Assembly (NCBI GenBank): GCA_963822585.1
Contig: CAWGIE010000036.1
Span: 224,001 to 288,000, forward strand
Reading direction: 5' to 3'
From: an uncultured bacterium
GTDB taxonomy: Bacteria > Auribacterota > Erginobacteria > Erginobacterales > Erginobacteraceae
Length of the DNA: 64,000 nt
Positions 9,849-20,479 of this stretch are shown here, one piece after another. The translations under genes were made by a program, and so were the position numbers. The notes beneath the pieces were generated by a model, which was not told where the DNA came from, made no database searches, and saw only the letters and a program-made list of their open reading frames with translations. Every line of letters starts with the position of its first letter. Position 1 is the first letter of the stretch.

Positions 9849-10534
9849 CAGAATCCTCCCCCCCCTTCGGGTTCGATATCTCCAACCGTTTCCAGGATCT
9901 CATCGGCGGTGTCGGAGACGCCGGCGAGCGCGACCTCGATATTGCTGAGCTGTTTCTGGATTTCCAGCACCTCCTGGTGAATACTGGCGGTCACCTCGGA
10001 CACGTCCGCCGTCTCCGCCAGGTTGCTGGCCAGATCGGTCCGGGCGGCGGCAATACCGGCGCCATTATCGGTCAGCCCGAGCGCCGTTTCCCGGTTCAGG
10101 TTTTCCATCCGGGCCAGCTTGTTCCCGAGCATCCCCTGATGCGCGCCCAGGACGCCCAGGACCCGCATCACCGCGAGCTGGTTGGAGAGAAGATTTCTCT
10201 GAAGCTCCAGCATCTCGCGGTCCGGGGGTTTTCCCGAATCCAGCTTGAGCAGGTAGATCTTCTTCTCCACCCCCTCTTCATTGATTTCGCGGCCGGGATA
10301 CCTCCCCCCCGGACCGGGGGGGACGACGACTCCGCCGGCGGCACCAGTCGTGCTTGAACAGAGAAGTATCTCCGCGGCGGTCCGGTTCTGTTCCTGCGGC
10401 GGTGCGGCGGCAACGTCAACGACACGGGAAGAGCCCGGCGGCGAATCCTCTCCGATGCTTGACATCCCCGAAAACAAACATCCCAGTAAAGCCGCGGCCC
10501 CCGCCAGCAATTTACCAGCCTCTTTCACGCTCAT
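9848..10534 (-). CDS. Exported hypothetical coiled-coil protein (paralog 1)
   Basis: Signal peptide from MSVKEAGKLL; EEGVEKKIYLLKLD motif; heptad helix. Confidence 0.7.
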   Translation of the reverse strand: MSVKEAGKLLAGAAALLGCLFSGMSSIGEDSPPGSSRVVDVAAAPPQEQNRTAAEILLCSSTTGAAGGVVVPPGPGGRYPGREINEEGVEKKIYLLKLDSGKPPDREMLELQRNLLSNQLAVMRVLGVLGAHQGMLGNKLARMENLNRETALGLTDNGAGIAAARTDLASNLAETADVSEVTASIHQEVLEIQKQLSNIEVALAGVSDTADEILETVGDIEPEGGGGF

Positions 10535-10979
10535 CTTCGGCTCCCGGGTAATCCTTTTCTTCGAGAGGACTGGTATCTTCATCGACCTCCTCCCCGTCAT
10601 CGTATCCGTCTCCATCGGTATCAAGATCGGTGGGGTCCGTACACCATTCTTCGACCTCCTCTTTATCACCAAGATTGTCTTCATCGGTGTCCTCCAGGAG
10701 GGGGTCGGAACCGTATTTCAGAACCTCGTCTCCGTCGAAGAGGCCGTCCCCGTCGGTATCGTCCTGGTTGGGATCGGTCTGGTAAATGTAGACTTCCTCC
10801 CCGTCGTCAAGTTGGTCCCCGTCGGTATCGATATTATTGGGGTCCGTCTCATATAACGCTGTTTCCTCCCTGTCGGTCAGGGTGTCGCCGTCGCTGTCTT
10901 GCTCGTCGGCGAGGGAAAAACCATTGACAAGGGCAAAACCGAGCAAAGCAGCGGCTGCCAGCCAGAGATTTTTCTTCAT
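10512..10979 (-). CDS. Exported acidic Ca-binding repeat protein (DTDGDG / bacterial TSP3-like repeats)
   Basis: Signal peptide; five to six repeats of DP..DTDGD.L.DG.E; GGAGG SD upstream. Confidence 0.8.
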   Translation of the reverse strand: MKKNLWLAAAALLGFALVNGFSLADEQDSDGDTLTDREETALYETDPNNIDTDGDQLDDGEEVYIYQTDPNQDDTDGDGLFDGDEVLKYGSDPLLEDTDEDNLGDKEEVEEWCTDPTDLDTDGDGYDDGEEVDEDTSPLEEKDYPGAEDERERGW

Positions 10980-11070
10980 GTCTGTTGCCTCCCAATTGAT
11001 TGACGCTTTCCGATTCATGGAACTGTCACTTTTTTATCCACTGGAAAGATCGCACAGGAGCCCCGGAAAG

Positions 11071-11087
11071 TTGTCACGGAATTGTCA
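11071..11087. promoter_or_regulatory. Candidate OmpR/PhoB-type binding site (TTGTCA-N5-TTGTCA)
   Basis: Direct hexamer repeat at 11-bp spacing upstream of the 10979 operon; a third CTGTCAC at 11023-11029. Confidence 0.5.
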
Positions 11088-11203
11088 TCAGAACGTAAAA
11101 AAAACTCCGTGCAGAAGAAACCTGCGCGGAGTCGGCAGTGCGACCGGAACCGGCGAAATTCCAGGCATAATCCCGGTTTAAAGCGATTCAGTATTCATTC
11201 GGA

Positions 11204-12274
11204 CTATTTCCTGGTCTCGACTTCTTTGAGGCGGTCAATCAGGGTACGGAGGCGCTCGGCTTGACCGGCCGGAGCTTTATTAGCCGCTTCCTTGTAATAC
11301 CAGACGGCAACTCGGGGTTTACTCTGGAAACACTCACTGAGAAAGGCCAGCCGGTAGGGAGGATACCAGCTATCCGGATAAAGTTTACGGGCTCGCCCGT
11401 ATATTTCCGCCGCTTCTTTATAACGTCCCTCCCGGGTCCGGGTCTCACCGAGATCAAGGAGAGACTGCAGTTCTCCGGAAATTGTTTTTGCTTCTTGGGC
11501 GCCCACGGCTTCATTGAGAAGATGAAGCTCGAAATCAATTCGGTTCTTTTCCTCCGGCGGGGACCGGCGCGAATAGATTCCCCAGATCCTGATCCCCTCT
11601 TCCGGCGTGCCGGCTTCCCGGTAACACACCGCCAGGTCACGGTAGGCGGCGAAGTTATTCTGATATTCGGGCGATTTGATCACCTGATTGTAATAATAGA
11701 TCGCCTCCTGATACTGCCCGAACTCCCGGCAGGCCTGGGCCATCAGGAACTGGAGATAGCGATTCTGGGGATCGAGCGCAAGCGCTTCCTTAAAGGCTTC
11801 CCGGGCTTCCTCCGGATTCCCGTCGTCAAGGTTGCCCAAGCCGCGACTGATCAAAGCCGGAAGAGGGATTGATTCCTTCTCCTCCGTTTCGACGGACATG
11901 CCGGAGTATAATCTCACCAGTCCCTCCGAGACCTGCTCTCGGATCGAGGGAAACTCGCCGAACTCGTCGCGGGCATGCTGATAGCATTCGATGGCTTCCA
12001 CCACCCGGCCCATCTTTTCCAGACAACCCCCCAGCCGGACCGTGGCTCTCCCGGCCAGCCGAGGAGTGCTGGCGGGATTCGCGGCGATCGCTCGATAGAT
12101 CTCCACCGCCGCCGCAGGCTCTCCGAGGGCGATCTCCCGATAGAGACCCTGGTAAAAAAGATAGTCCGCGGCTTGTTCCGACGAATCGGACGCCGCGGTG
12201 TCGTCGGACGACAGGCCCGGGGAACAAGTCAGCAGAAACACTCCCATCGTCGACAGTATCCATCGATTCCTCAT
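11204..12274 (-). CDS. Exported TPR protein
   Basis: Signal peptide, multiple TPR helices; 3 bp downstream of the response regulator. Confidence 0.8.
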   Translation of the reverse strand: MRNRWILSTMGVFLLTCSPGLSSDDTAASDSSEQAADYLFYQGLYREIALGEPAAAVEIYRAIAANPASTPRLAGRATVRLGGCLEKMGRVVEAIECYQHARDEFGEFPSIREQVSEGLVRLYSGMSVETEEKESIPLPALISRGLGNLDDGNPEEAREAFKEALALDPQNRYLQFLMAQACREFGQYQEAIYYYNQVIKSPEYQNNFAAYRDLAVCYREAGTPEEGIRIWGIYSRRSPPEEKNRIDFELHLLNEAVGAQEAKTISGELQSLLDLGETRTREGRYKEAAEIYGRARKLYPDSWYPPYRLAFLSECFQSKPRVAVWYYKEAANKAPAGQAERLRTLIDRLKEVETRK

Positions 12275-12277
12275 GGA

Positions 12278-12961
12278 TCAATCTCCCGTCAGCTTGTAGC
12301 CGGCCCCGTAAACGGTCACGATATACCGCGGATTCTTCGGATCGTTTTCGATCTTCTTCCGTAATTTCAGGATCAGGTTGTCGACCGTCCGCGTTGTGGG
12401 ATATACATCAAACCCCCAGATTTCATCGAGCAGTTCGTCCCTGGTCACAACCGTATCTCGGTGGACAAGCAGATAGCCGAGGATCCTGGTCTCCAGGGCC
12501 GTCATGCTCCTTCTCTCCCCATCTCGAACGACCTGGAAACTGTCCAGATCGATCTCGACGTTTCCGATGGCGTGCCGTCCCCTCCTCGTCGCCGTCTCTT
12601 CTCCTCGCCGGGAGAGAACTTTGACCCGGGCCAGCAGTTCCCGGACCCCGAACGGTTTGGTCATGTAATCATCAGCTCCCAGCTCCAAGCCGTGAACCTT
12701 ATCCGCCTCCTCGCCCCGGGCGGAGAGCATGAGAACCCGGATCGTCGGAATCTCTTTCTTGAGACACCGGCAGATATCATACCCGCTGATGTCGGGAAGC
12801 ATAACGTCCAGGATCACCACCGCCGGGCGCTTTTTCCGGGCCAGGTCTATACCCGCTTCCCCGGTTGCGGCAGTCACTGTCTCATACCCCTGGGTCCGGA
12901 AAAAATCCTCCAGACTCTTCAACAGCTTTTCCTCGTCCTCGATGATCAATATCCTTTCCAT
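12278..12961 (-). CDS. OmpR/PhoB-family response regulator
   Basis: REC (IIEDE, LDVMLP, GADDYMTKPF) plus winged helix (TRTVDNLI..LRKKIE..P..I.TV.G.GY). Confidence 0.95.
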   Translation of the reverse strand: MERILIIEDEEKLLKSLEDFFRTQGYETVTAATGEAGIDLARKKRPAVVILDVMLPDISGYDICRCLKKEIPTIRVLMLSARGEEADKVHGLELGADDYMTKPFGVRELLARVKVLSRRGEETATRRGRHAIGNVEIDLDSFQVVRDGERRSMTALETRILGYLLVHRDTVVTRDELLDEIWGFDVYPTTRTVDNLILKLRKKIENDPKNPRYIVTVYGAGYKLTGD

Positions 12962-13048
12962 CGGCTTCTCCTTCTCTATCGGATCAATCCCCTGTTTAAT
13001 TCTTATTCGTCTTAATCGGGCGCTTATATCCCGCACCGCGGCAAACTG

Positions 13049-15193
13049 CTATGACTCCCGCTTTATCGGGATAATGAGTGTAAAAACACTCCCCCGACCG
13101 GGCTGGCTCTCCACATCAACCCGGCCTCCATGAGCCTCGGCTATGTTCCTGACGATGGCCAGACCGAGACCGGCTCCTTTCCGGGAACGGCTTGATACCT
13201 GCCGGGAACGGTAGAACTGATCGAAAATCCGTTTGATCTCTTCCCGGCTGATTCCGATTCCCCGATCCTTGACACTGAGGATTATTTCATCGCCGCGGCG
13301 GCGCAGATCGACCCATATTCTTCTATCTATCCGTGAAAACATGACCGCATTGTGCATCAGGTTGATCAGAGCCTGGGAAAGCGCGTCACCGTCAACTGCG
13401 ACCCGGGGGATATCATTTTCCGCCTGATAAATAATCTCAAAACCCTCGGTTTTCGCGTATTCCTCGAAAGCCCTGACCGTCCGGGAGACGGTCTCCTGGA
13501 TATCGGTTATCTGGACGATATACCGTTTATTGCCGGCGCCGATCTTGGAAAAATCCAGCACATTGTCTATCAGCCGGCTGAGCCGTTCACTCTCGGAGGT
13601 GATGAACCCGAAATATTCTTTCTCCTTCTCCCGGCTGGAGACCGCTCCCATTTCCAGCATCTCCCCCACCGCTCGAATGGTCGCCAGGGGGGTCCTCAGC
13701 TCATGTGAAACCCGCGAGATAAAATCGCTTTTCAGGCGGGCAAGCTCGGTATCCTTTTTTAGAAGGCGATAAATCACGTAAATACCGAGAAAAATGATCG
13801 CCAGCAGGAAGAGAATGTATCCCAAGCGGTTCCGCCTCTCCTGCCGGGAGAACTCCAGGAAAAATCCCCGGCTCTGATAAGTCACTCTGACATCCCAGCC
13901 CGGCAGGAGGGGGGACAGGGATTGCACGACCCGGTATCGGGAACCGTTGGCGGGATCGCCGACCCGGGCCTCTTCGTTCCCCTGTCCGTTACGGACAATG
14001 ATGTTAACATCCGTTTCCGCCTCCATCACCGCGGCGATAGCTTCTTGCACCGTTTCTTGGAGTTGGGTAGGATCGAGGATGACCCCCAGGATCGTTCCTC
14101 CGCCGGAGATATCCTCCGGGAGCCTTTCGATCAGGGCGATCGCTTCCTCGCCGTCAACGCTGCCTGCAAAGACCTTCAATTCCGGTTCATCCCCTTTCTC
14201 TCCGGTATAGGGGAGCAGCCGAGCATACTCGCCGCGGACGGCTTCCTGGATTCGCTCCCCCCGAAGAGCGGTCTGCTGCCGATGAAGCCAGCGGGCGTCC
14301 TGCCGGTCGATCTCCTGGCAGGCTGCGCGGTCAAGTATCCCTTCATCCTTGAGGGCGGCGGCTGTTTCCGAGGCCTGCCGGGCGAAGAAGGATGCCTCCT
14401 CGACGCTCCCCGCCAGATTTCCCCGGGCAAGTCCTTCCAGGATCTGCCGGCAATATTCGAGAGAGCGGTCGTAATTGAAGAGGCTGCGTTCGATTTCGGC
14501 TAGACGGAGAAGTGCCACCAGCCGGAGAGAGAGTCCACCCAGGGAAACACGGCCGCCGGGAAGCTCGGACAGCCGCCGGTAATACGCGACGGCCGCGCGA
14601 TAATCCCGGGCTTTGAAACATACCCGGCCCAGAAGGTGGAGCGCAAGCGCGGCGGTAAGATCGGATCGGCTCAGAGAGAGCGCCTCCCGGTATTTCCGGA
14701 GGACCAGGGGGAGATCTTCCCCGGAAAACTCATCCCTTTCCCCCTCCAATATCTTTCGCGCGAACGCTCGGTCGTCGCCGGGGAGGAAGGCGAGTTCCCG
14801 GATATCGGGCAATTCCACCGCGGAAGGGCCAAAGGGGAACTGGCGGTTGAGGGCGCTGTCAAAGAGGAAAAATTCCTCGCAGATGGGGGACGACTCGCAG
14901 GCAGCCTGAAGAACTTCAGTCGGCTCCCGGACCGGATCCGCGTCGTCCAGATACCGCGACACCCCTCCCTCTTTCTCGAGTACCGCGTCAAAGATCATCT
15001 TCCGGCAGACCTCCCCGACACGGTTCAGATAGGCCGTGATCTTCTGATCGATTGTTTCCGGTTTCTCGGCCAGAGAACGGGAAACGAGGAAGGCCAGGAT
15101 AACGGCTGGAATAAAAACGAAGAAGACAAAGAGGAAGAGAAATCTACCTCTCCGCAACCTGTCGATTACCGGAGCTAATCGTCGGGGAAGCAT
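13049..15193 (-). CDS. Membrane sensor histidine kinase with large TPR-like extracytoplasmic domain
   Basis: Two TM helices; SHELRTPL H-box; N, G1 (DRGIG), F and G2 (GAGLGL) boxes. Confidence 0.93.
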   Translation of the reverse strand: MLPRRLAPVIDRLRRGRFLFLFVFFVFIPAVILAFLVSRSLAEKPETIDQKITAYLNRVGEVCRKMIFDAVLEKEGGVSRYLDDADPVREPTEVLQAACESSPICEEFFLFDSALNRQFPFGPSAVELPDIRELAFLPGDDRAFARKILEGERDEFSGEDLPLVLRKYREALSLSRSDLTAALALHLLGRVCFKARDYRAAVAYYRRLSELPGGRVSLGGLSLRLVALLRLAEIERSLFNYDRSLEYCRQILEGLARGNLAGSVEEASFFARQASETAAALKDEGILDRAACQEIDRQDARWLHRQQTALRGERIQEAVRGEYARLLPYTGEKGDEPELKVFAGSVDGEEAIALIERLPEDISGGGTILGVILDPTQLQETVQEAIAAVMEAETDVNIIVRNGQGNEEARVGDPANGSRYRVVQSLSPLLPGWDVRVTYQSRGFFLEFSRQERRNRLGYILFLLAIIFLGIYVIYRLLKKDTELARLKSDFISRVSHELRTPLATIRAVGEMLEMGAVSSREKEKEYFGFITSESERLSRLIDNVLDFSKIGAGNKRYIVQITDIQETVSRTVRAFEEYAKTEGFEIIYQAENDIPRVAVDGDALSQALINLMHNAVMFSRIDRRIWVDLRRRGDEIILSVKDRGIGISREEIKRIFDQFYRSRQVSSRSRKGAGLGLAIVRNIAEAHGGRVDVESQPGRGSVFTLIIPIKRES

Positions 15194-15302
15194 TACCGTT
15201 TTTCTAGGACACTGAAATTAATTCCTTGCACTTGATAGTAATAATCACGAAAATTCATTATTGATCAATGGAAGTTTTATGATTATCGAAGATAATTCTA
15301 CA

Positions 15303-16406
15303 ATGAGACAGGCCAACAATGCAAATAAAGCCGGGCTTCTGGAGAGGTTGGTTACCGTCGTCCGAAATCACCGGCGATTCGCCGTTTTTTCACATGAGGA
15401 GCCGGACGGCGATGCCATCGGCTCGCAGATCGCCCTCACCGCCGCGCTGAAAACGTTGGGTAAAGACGTTATCTCTCTCCGGGTCGATCCGTCGCCACCC
15501 GCCCTGGCATTTCTTAACCGGTCCGGACTGGTCGGAGAATACCGCCCGACGGACGACGATCCGGGGATCCTCTCCGCCCAGGTTATTATCGTTGTCGACT
15601 GCTGTAATTATTTCCGCCTGGGCAGTTTGGCTGGAATCGTGGAGAGCGCTCCCGCTTTTATTATCAATATCGATCATCACCGGGATAACGCCTTCTTCGG
15701 CGATCTGAATTACGTCCGTTTCACGGCCGGGGGGGCGGCGGAGTTGATCTTCGAGGTCATCCGGGCCTTGCAGGTTTTGATTTCCGGTACCATCGCCGAG
15801 GCTATTTATGTGGGGCTGTCAACCGACACGGTTGGCTTCCGGTACATCGACCCGGAGGGGAACATGCTCGGAGTCATCCGGGATCTGATCAAAGGCGGTA
15901 TCGACGTCGAGGACCTTCAGGAAAAAATCTACTGCAATCAGCCCGACGGTTATCTCGACGATCTGGCATCCCTGCTCCGGACGGTTCATTATGAACGTGA
16001 CGGCGCACTGGCCTGGTTTACCATGTTTAAAAGCGATTATCTTTCCTTTTATCAGAGGGAGTTGGCCTCCGAGGCTCTGAAGCAGCTTCTCAGCATCAAA
16101 CGGATCCGGGCGGCGGTGATGCTCCATCAGGAGCGGGCCGGTATCGAGGTATGGCTCCGCTCGAAGCGGGACGTCAACGTCTGCCGGGCGGCGATGAGAG
16201 TTGGCGGCGGCGGCCATCATACCGCCGCCGGGGCGCTGGTCAGGGAAAAAAGCCTGGAAGAGGCAACGGAAGAAGTCTTGCGGAGCGTTCGGAAAGAGAT
16301 GGGGGAAACGAAGCAAACGACCTCGATTCCATCGGGCAAAGCGAAAGTAGACCCGAAAAATCAAAGATCCCGCGGTAGCGGAGCTACTCCGCGGGCTGCT
16401 CTCTGA
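15303..16406 (+). CDS. DHH/DHHA1 phosphoesterase (NrnA-like)
   Basis: H..PDGDAIGS, VDC, IDHH, TDT.GF and GGGGH..AAG motifs; start uncertain. Confidence 0.88.
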   Translation: MRQANNANKAGLLERLVTVVRNHRRFAVFSHEEPDGDAIGSQIALTAALKTLGKDVISLRVDPSPPALAFLNRSGLVGEYRPTDDDPGILSAQVIIVVDCCNYFRLGSLAGIVESAPAFIINIDHHRDNAFFGDLNYVRFTAGGAAELIFEVIRALQVLISGTIAEAIYVGLSTDTVGFRYIDPEGNMLGVIRDLIKGGIDVEDLQEKIYCNQPDGYLDDLASLLRTVHYERDGALAWFTMFKSDYLSFYQRELASEALKQLLSIKRIRAAVMLHQERAGIEVWLRSKRDVNVCRAAMRVGGGGHHTAAGALVREKSLEEATEEVLRSVRKEMGETKQTTSIPSGKAKVDPKNQRSRGSGATPRAAL

Positions 16407-16586
16407 TCATCTCGGGTTAAAAATGACGCATCTCGGAGGACGAAATCCGAAAGGGAAAACCGCGATGATGAACTTCGCGGTCTCCCCTGATCTGATCACT
16501 GTTGTTATTCCACGTTCAGGATGTTACTGTTACTATCCCTCTTGGCCAAGCAGAGAAACCAACGGATCACAGGGAGGATGTCACGC

Positions 16587-17261
16587 ATGAACGAAAAAGG
16601 GTTTTCCCCCGGCGAAGCCATCCGGTACGGCTGGGAGACGATGAAGAACAACATCGGTTTTTTTATCGGGCTCCTGATCGTCGCCGGCATCGTCACCATC
16701 GTTCCCAGGATTATCCAGGCTCTTACGGAGAAATCGCTGCCCGTCTTCTCGATCCTCTTCGGGATCCTGGCCGCGGTTCTTCAAATGATCGTCTCCCTGG
16801 GGCTGATCAGAATCGCCCTCAATTTTGTCGACAATGTCGAGAGTCGCACGAGCGATCTCTTCTCCTGTATCCCGCTCTTTTTTAAATACCTGCTGGCATC
16901 TATTCTCTACGGGTTAATCGTCATGCTCGGGTTGATCCTGCTCATCGTCCCCGGAATTATCTGGGCGATCAAGTTCCAGTTTTACGGTTATCTCATCGTG
17001 GACCGTAACCTGGGGCCGATCGAGGCACTGAAAGGCAGCAGCGCCGTCACCCGGGGAGCGAAAGGAGACCTCTTCGTCCTCGGCTTCCTGCTCGGCCTGA
17101 TCAACCTCCTGGGCGCTCTCTGCCTGCTGATCGGCCTTTTCGCCACCATCCCCACCGCGATGGTCTCCCTGGCGTTCGTCTTCCGCCGGCTCCAGGCCCT
17201 CTCCCGGCCGGCTCAAGCAACCGGAGAGATCCCCCTACCGGGACCCCCGGCTGCCGGTTGA
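16587..17261 (+). CDS. Integral membrane protein (DUF975-like)
   Basis: GGAGG SD; several TM helices; LLIVPGII, GPIEALKGS..VT.G motif. Confidence 0.75.
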   Translation: MNEKGFSPGEAIRYGWETMKNNIGFFIGLLIVAGIVTIVPRIIQALTEKSLPVFSILFGILAAVLQMIVSLGLIRIALNFVDNVESRTSDLFSCIPLFFKYLLASILYGLIVMLGLILLIVPGIIWAIKFQFYGYLIVDRNLGPIEALKGSSAVTRGAKGDLFVLGFLLGLINLLGALCLLIGLFATIPTAMVSLAFVFRRLQALSRPAQATGEIPLPGPPAAG

Positions 17262-17288
17262 TGCGATAATTTTAACAAATCAGTCATC

Positions 17289-17442
17289 CAGGCGCAAATT
17301 ACACTACAAGTTGCCCGGAGGGGCTGACTTGTTGTTCGGAATTTCAATAACGTAGTGTGGAGTGTAAGGTATAAAGTGGAAAGTTTCATTACACTTTAAA
17401 CTTTACGCTTTACACTACAAGTTGCGCCGGAGGCGCTAACTT
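17289..17442. repeat. TTTACAC heptamer inverted array with GCGCC hairpins
   Basis: GTGTAAA-like and TTTACAC arms ending in AAGTTGCGCCGGAGGCGCTAACTT. Confidence 0.75.
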
Positions 17443-17446
17443 GTAT

Positions 17447-17890
17447 ATGAAATATTCGGAAGCCAAACAGGGCCGCACTTTCATCATCCGCCTGGAAGAC
17501 GGCGAGGTTCTCCACGAGGTCCTGGAAAAGTTTGCCGCCGACCGCGGCATCAAGCGGGCTTTTCTGATCGCGCTCGGAGGCGCCGGTAAAGACAGCACTC
17601 TGGTGGTGGGCCCGGAAGAGGCCGACGCCCGTCCGGTTATCCCCCTCACCCATACTCTCGCCGACGTGCATGAAATCGCCGGCGTCGGCACACTCTTTCC
17701 CGACCGCAACGGCTCTCCCCTCCTCCATCTCCATCTTGCCTGCGGCAGAGGGGACCGGACCGTCACCGGGTGCGGGCGGACCGGGGTCCGGACCTGGCAG
17801 GTGGCCGAGGTTATCCTGGTTGAGTTGCTCGACACTCCCGCCCGGCGCGTCGCCGACCCCGATACCGGCTTCGAGCTCCTCCAGCCTTAG
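17447..17890 (+). CDS. PPC-domain (DUF296) protein
   Basis: RLEDGE, G.GTL, HLHLACG motif; alternative TTG start at 17441. Confidence 0.85.
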   Translation: MKYSEAKQGRTFIIRLEDGEVLHEVLEKFAADRGIKRAFLIALGGAGKDSTLVVGPEEADARPVIPLTHTLADVHEIAGVGTLFPDRNGSPLLHLHLACGRGDRTVTGCGRTGVRTWQVAEVILVELLDTPARRVADPDTGFELLQP

Positions 17891-17952
17891 TACAATTATG
17901 TGCCTTTAAAATTCCAGCCGTGGTATACTTCTCATCTGAAGGTTAAAACCAT

Positions 17953-20478
17953 ATGACCAGGGAAACGGATAACAAACACCCCCAGCAGACCGGGCCACGC
18001 GGCCAGCACGACGTGGAGGCCTTCCGGCAGGCCATGCTCGACAATCTCTACATTCTCCGCGGGCAGGGGTTGCAGTCGGCCAGCATTAATGACGGGTACT
18101 TCAGCCTCGCCTACACGGTGCGGGATTACCTGATGCGCCGCTGGCGAGACACCACCACCACTCATTATCAGACAAATCCGCGTTTCGTGTACTATCTCTC
18201 CGCCGAGTATTTGCTGGGTCCGCAGTTGCGGAAAAATCTCCTCTATACGGGAACCACCGACCTGGCCCGCAGCTCCCTGGAAGGAGTCGGACTCGATTAC
18301 AACGCCTTTCTGGCCCAGGACATCGAACCCGGACTCGGGACCGGAGGCCTGGGGCGGCTGGCGGCCTGTTTTCTCGACTCCCTGGCCACCCTCGATATCC
18401 CCACCGTCGGCTACGGTATCCGTTACGAGTACGGGATATTCAAGCAGAAGTTTGAGAACGGCTGGCAGGTTGAAAGCCCGGACGACTGGCTCGCCTACGG
18501 CTGCCCCTGGGAATACGGCCACCCGGACGCTCTGGTCGAGGTCAAATTTGGAGGCCATACGGAGTGGTATGTAGACAGTACCGGGACGCCCCGCAAACGC
18601 TGGACCGGGGGAAAAACGGTGCTGGGCGAACCCTACATGATGATGGTGCCGGGTTACCGTACCCGTACGGTCAACCTGCTCCGCCTCTGGCGGGCCCGGG
18701 CGTCCCGGGCCTTCGACTTCCAGCTTTTCGACGAAGGAGACTATGCTGAAGCGGTGGAGCAAAAGGTGCTCTCCGAGAACATCACCAAGGTGCTCTATCC
18801 CAACGATAACACCCCGCAGGGCAAGGAATTGCGCCTTAAACAACAATACTTCTTCGTCGCCTGCTCCCTGCGCGACATCATCCGCCGTTTCAAAATCCGC
18901 AACGATGACTGGAACATCCTCCCGGAGAAGGTGGTCATCCAGCTCAATGACACCCATCCGGTCCTGGCCATCCCTGAACTGATGCGGATACTGATCGATG
19001 AACTCCTGCTGGACTGGGACCGGGCCTGGCTGATCACCAGGAAAGTTTTCGCTTACACCTGTCACACGCTGCTGCCGGAAGCGCTGGAGAAGTGGCCGCT
19101 CGATCTCTTCGGGCGTCTTCTGCCCCGCCATCTGGAGATTATCTCTGAGATCAACCGCCGTTTCCTCGACCAGGTAAACGCCCGCTTCCCCGGGGAGCCT
19201 GAACGTCTGGTCCGGATGTCGCTGATCGGAAAAGCCCCTGAAAATCTGGTGCGGATGGCTAACCTGGCCTGCGTGGGCAGCTTCTCCATCAACGGCGTCG
19301 CCGAACTCCATTCCCGGCTGCTCCGGGAGCGAACTCTCCGTGACTTCGCCGAATTCTGGCCGGAAAAATTCAATAATATAACCAACGGTGTCACCCCGCG
19401 CCGATTCCTGCGTCTGGCCAACCCGCGCCTGGCCGCGATTATCAACGAAAAAATCGGAGAGGCCTGGTTGACCGATCTGGAGCAACTGAAAAACCTGGAG
19501 CGCTTCGCGCAAGACCCGGACTTTCGATCCTCCTGGCGAGCCGTCAAGCGGGCCAACAAGCAGGACCTGGCCGACCTCATCCGGGAGGCCCTCCGGATTG
19601 AGGTGAACCCCGACTCGATCTTTGACGTGATGGCCAAGCGGCTGCACGAATATAAGCGCCAGCATCTGAAAGCGCTGCATATTATCACGCTCTACCAGCG
19701 CCTGAAAGCGAACCCCGGAGTTGAAATCGTTCCCCGCACCTTTATCTTCGGGGCGAAGGCGGCGCCCGGCTACCGGATGGCCAAACTGATCATCAAGCTC
19801 ATCAACAACGTCGCGGCCGTGGTCAATCACGACCCGGCCACCGCCGGACTGCTGAAGGTCGCTTTCCTGCCCGACTTCAATGTCACCCTGGCTCAAAAAA
19901 TCTACCCGGCCGCCGATATCTCGGAACAGATTTCCCTGGCGGGGACGGAGGCGTCGGGCACGGGCAACATGAAGTTCGCCCTCAATGGCGCACTGACCGT
20001 CGGCACCCTGGACGGCGCCAATGTCGAGATCCGGGACCGGGTGGGACCGGAGAATTTCTTCCTCTTCGGACTGACGGCTGATGAGGTCTTCAGCCGGAAA
20101 GAAAAGGGTTACCGCCCCCGAGACTATTACGAAAGCAACCCCGATCTGCGGCGCGCGATTGACGCCGTCGCCGACGGCGCCTTCTCCCCCAATGACCGCC
20201 AGCTCTTTCACCCCCTCATTGAATCCCTCCTGAACCGGGACGAATACATGGTCCTGGCCGATTACATTCCCTACCTGGAATGCCAGGCCCGGGCCGAGCA
20301 AACCTACCGGGACAGTGAGGGCTGGACGCGGATGTCGATCCTGAACACGGCCCGCTGCGGCTTTTTTTCCTCCGACCGCGCCGTTCGCCAGTACTGCGAC
20401 GAGATCTGGAAGGTCAGCCCGCTCCCGATTCAGGAAGGGATCAAGGAAGTTATCGTACGGCCCAAAGACAGAGCTTGA
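17953..20478 (+). CDS. glgP: Glycogen/starch phosphorylase (GT35)
   Basis: [38 protein letters not shown] (PLP Lys). Confidence 0.97.
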   Translation: MTRETDNKHPQQTGPRGQHDVEAFRQAMLDNLYILRGQGLQSASINDGYFSLAYTVRDYLMRRWRDTTTTHYQTNPRFVYYLSAEYLLGPQLRKNLLYTGTTDLARSSLEGVGLDYNAFLAQDIEPGLGTGGLGRLAACFLDSLATLDIPTVGYGIRYEYGIFKQKFENGWQVESPDDWLAYGCPWEYGHPDALVEVKFGGHTEWYVDSTGTPRKRWTGGKTVLGEPYMMMVPGYRTRTVNLLRLWRARASRAFDFQLFDEGDYAEAVEQKVLSENITKVLYPNDNTPQGKELRLKQQYFFVACSLRDIIRRFKIRNDDWNILPEKVVIQLNDTHPVLAIPELMRILIDELLLDWDRAWLITRKVFAYTCHTLLPEALEKWPLDLFGRLLPRHLEIISEINRRFLDQVNARFPGEPERLVRMSLIGKAPENLVRMANLACVGSFSINGVAELHSRLLRERTLRDFAEFWPEKFNNITNGVTPRRFLRLANPRLAAIINEKIGEAWLTDLEQLKNLERFAQDPDFRSSWRAVKRANKQDLADLIREALRIEVNPDSIFDVMAKRLHEYKRQHLKALHIITLYQRLKANPGVEIVPRTFIFGAKAAPGYRMAKLIIKLINNVAAVVNHDPATAGLLKVAFLPDFNVTLAQKIYPAADISEQISLAGTEASGTGNMKFALNGALTVGTLDGANVEIRDRVGPENFFLFGLTADEVFSRKEKGYRPRDYYESNPDLRRAIDAVADGAFSPNDRQLFHPLIESLLNRDEYMVLADYIPYLECQARAEQTYRDSEGWTRMSILNTARCGFFSSDRAVRQYCDEIWKVSPLPIQEGIKEVIVRPKDRA

Positions 20479-20479
20479 T

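Noticed and set aside
17932..20301. 789-aa antisense ORF
   Set aside because: Shadow of glgP on the opposite strand, expected in GC-rich DNA; no motifs
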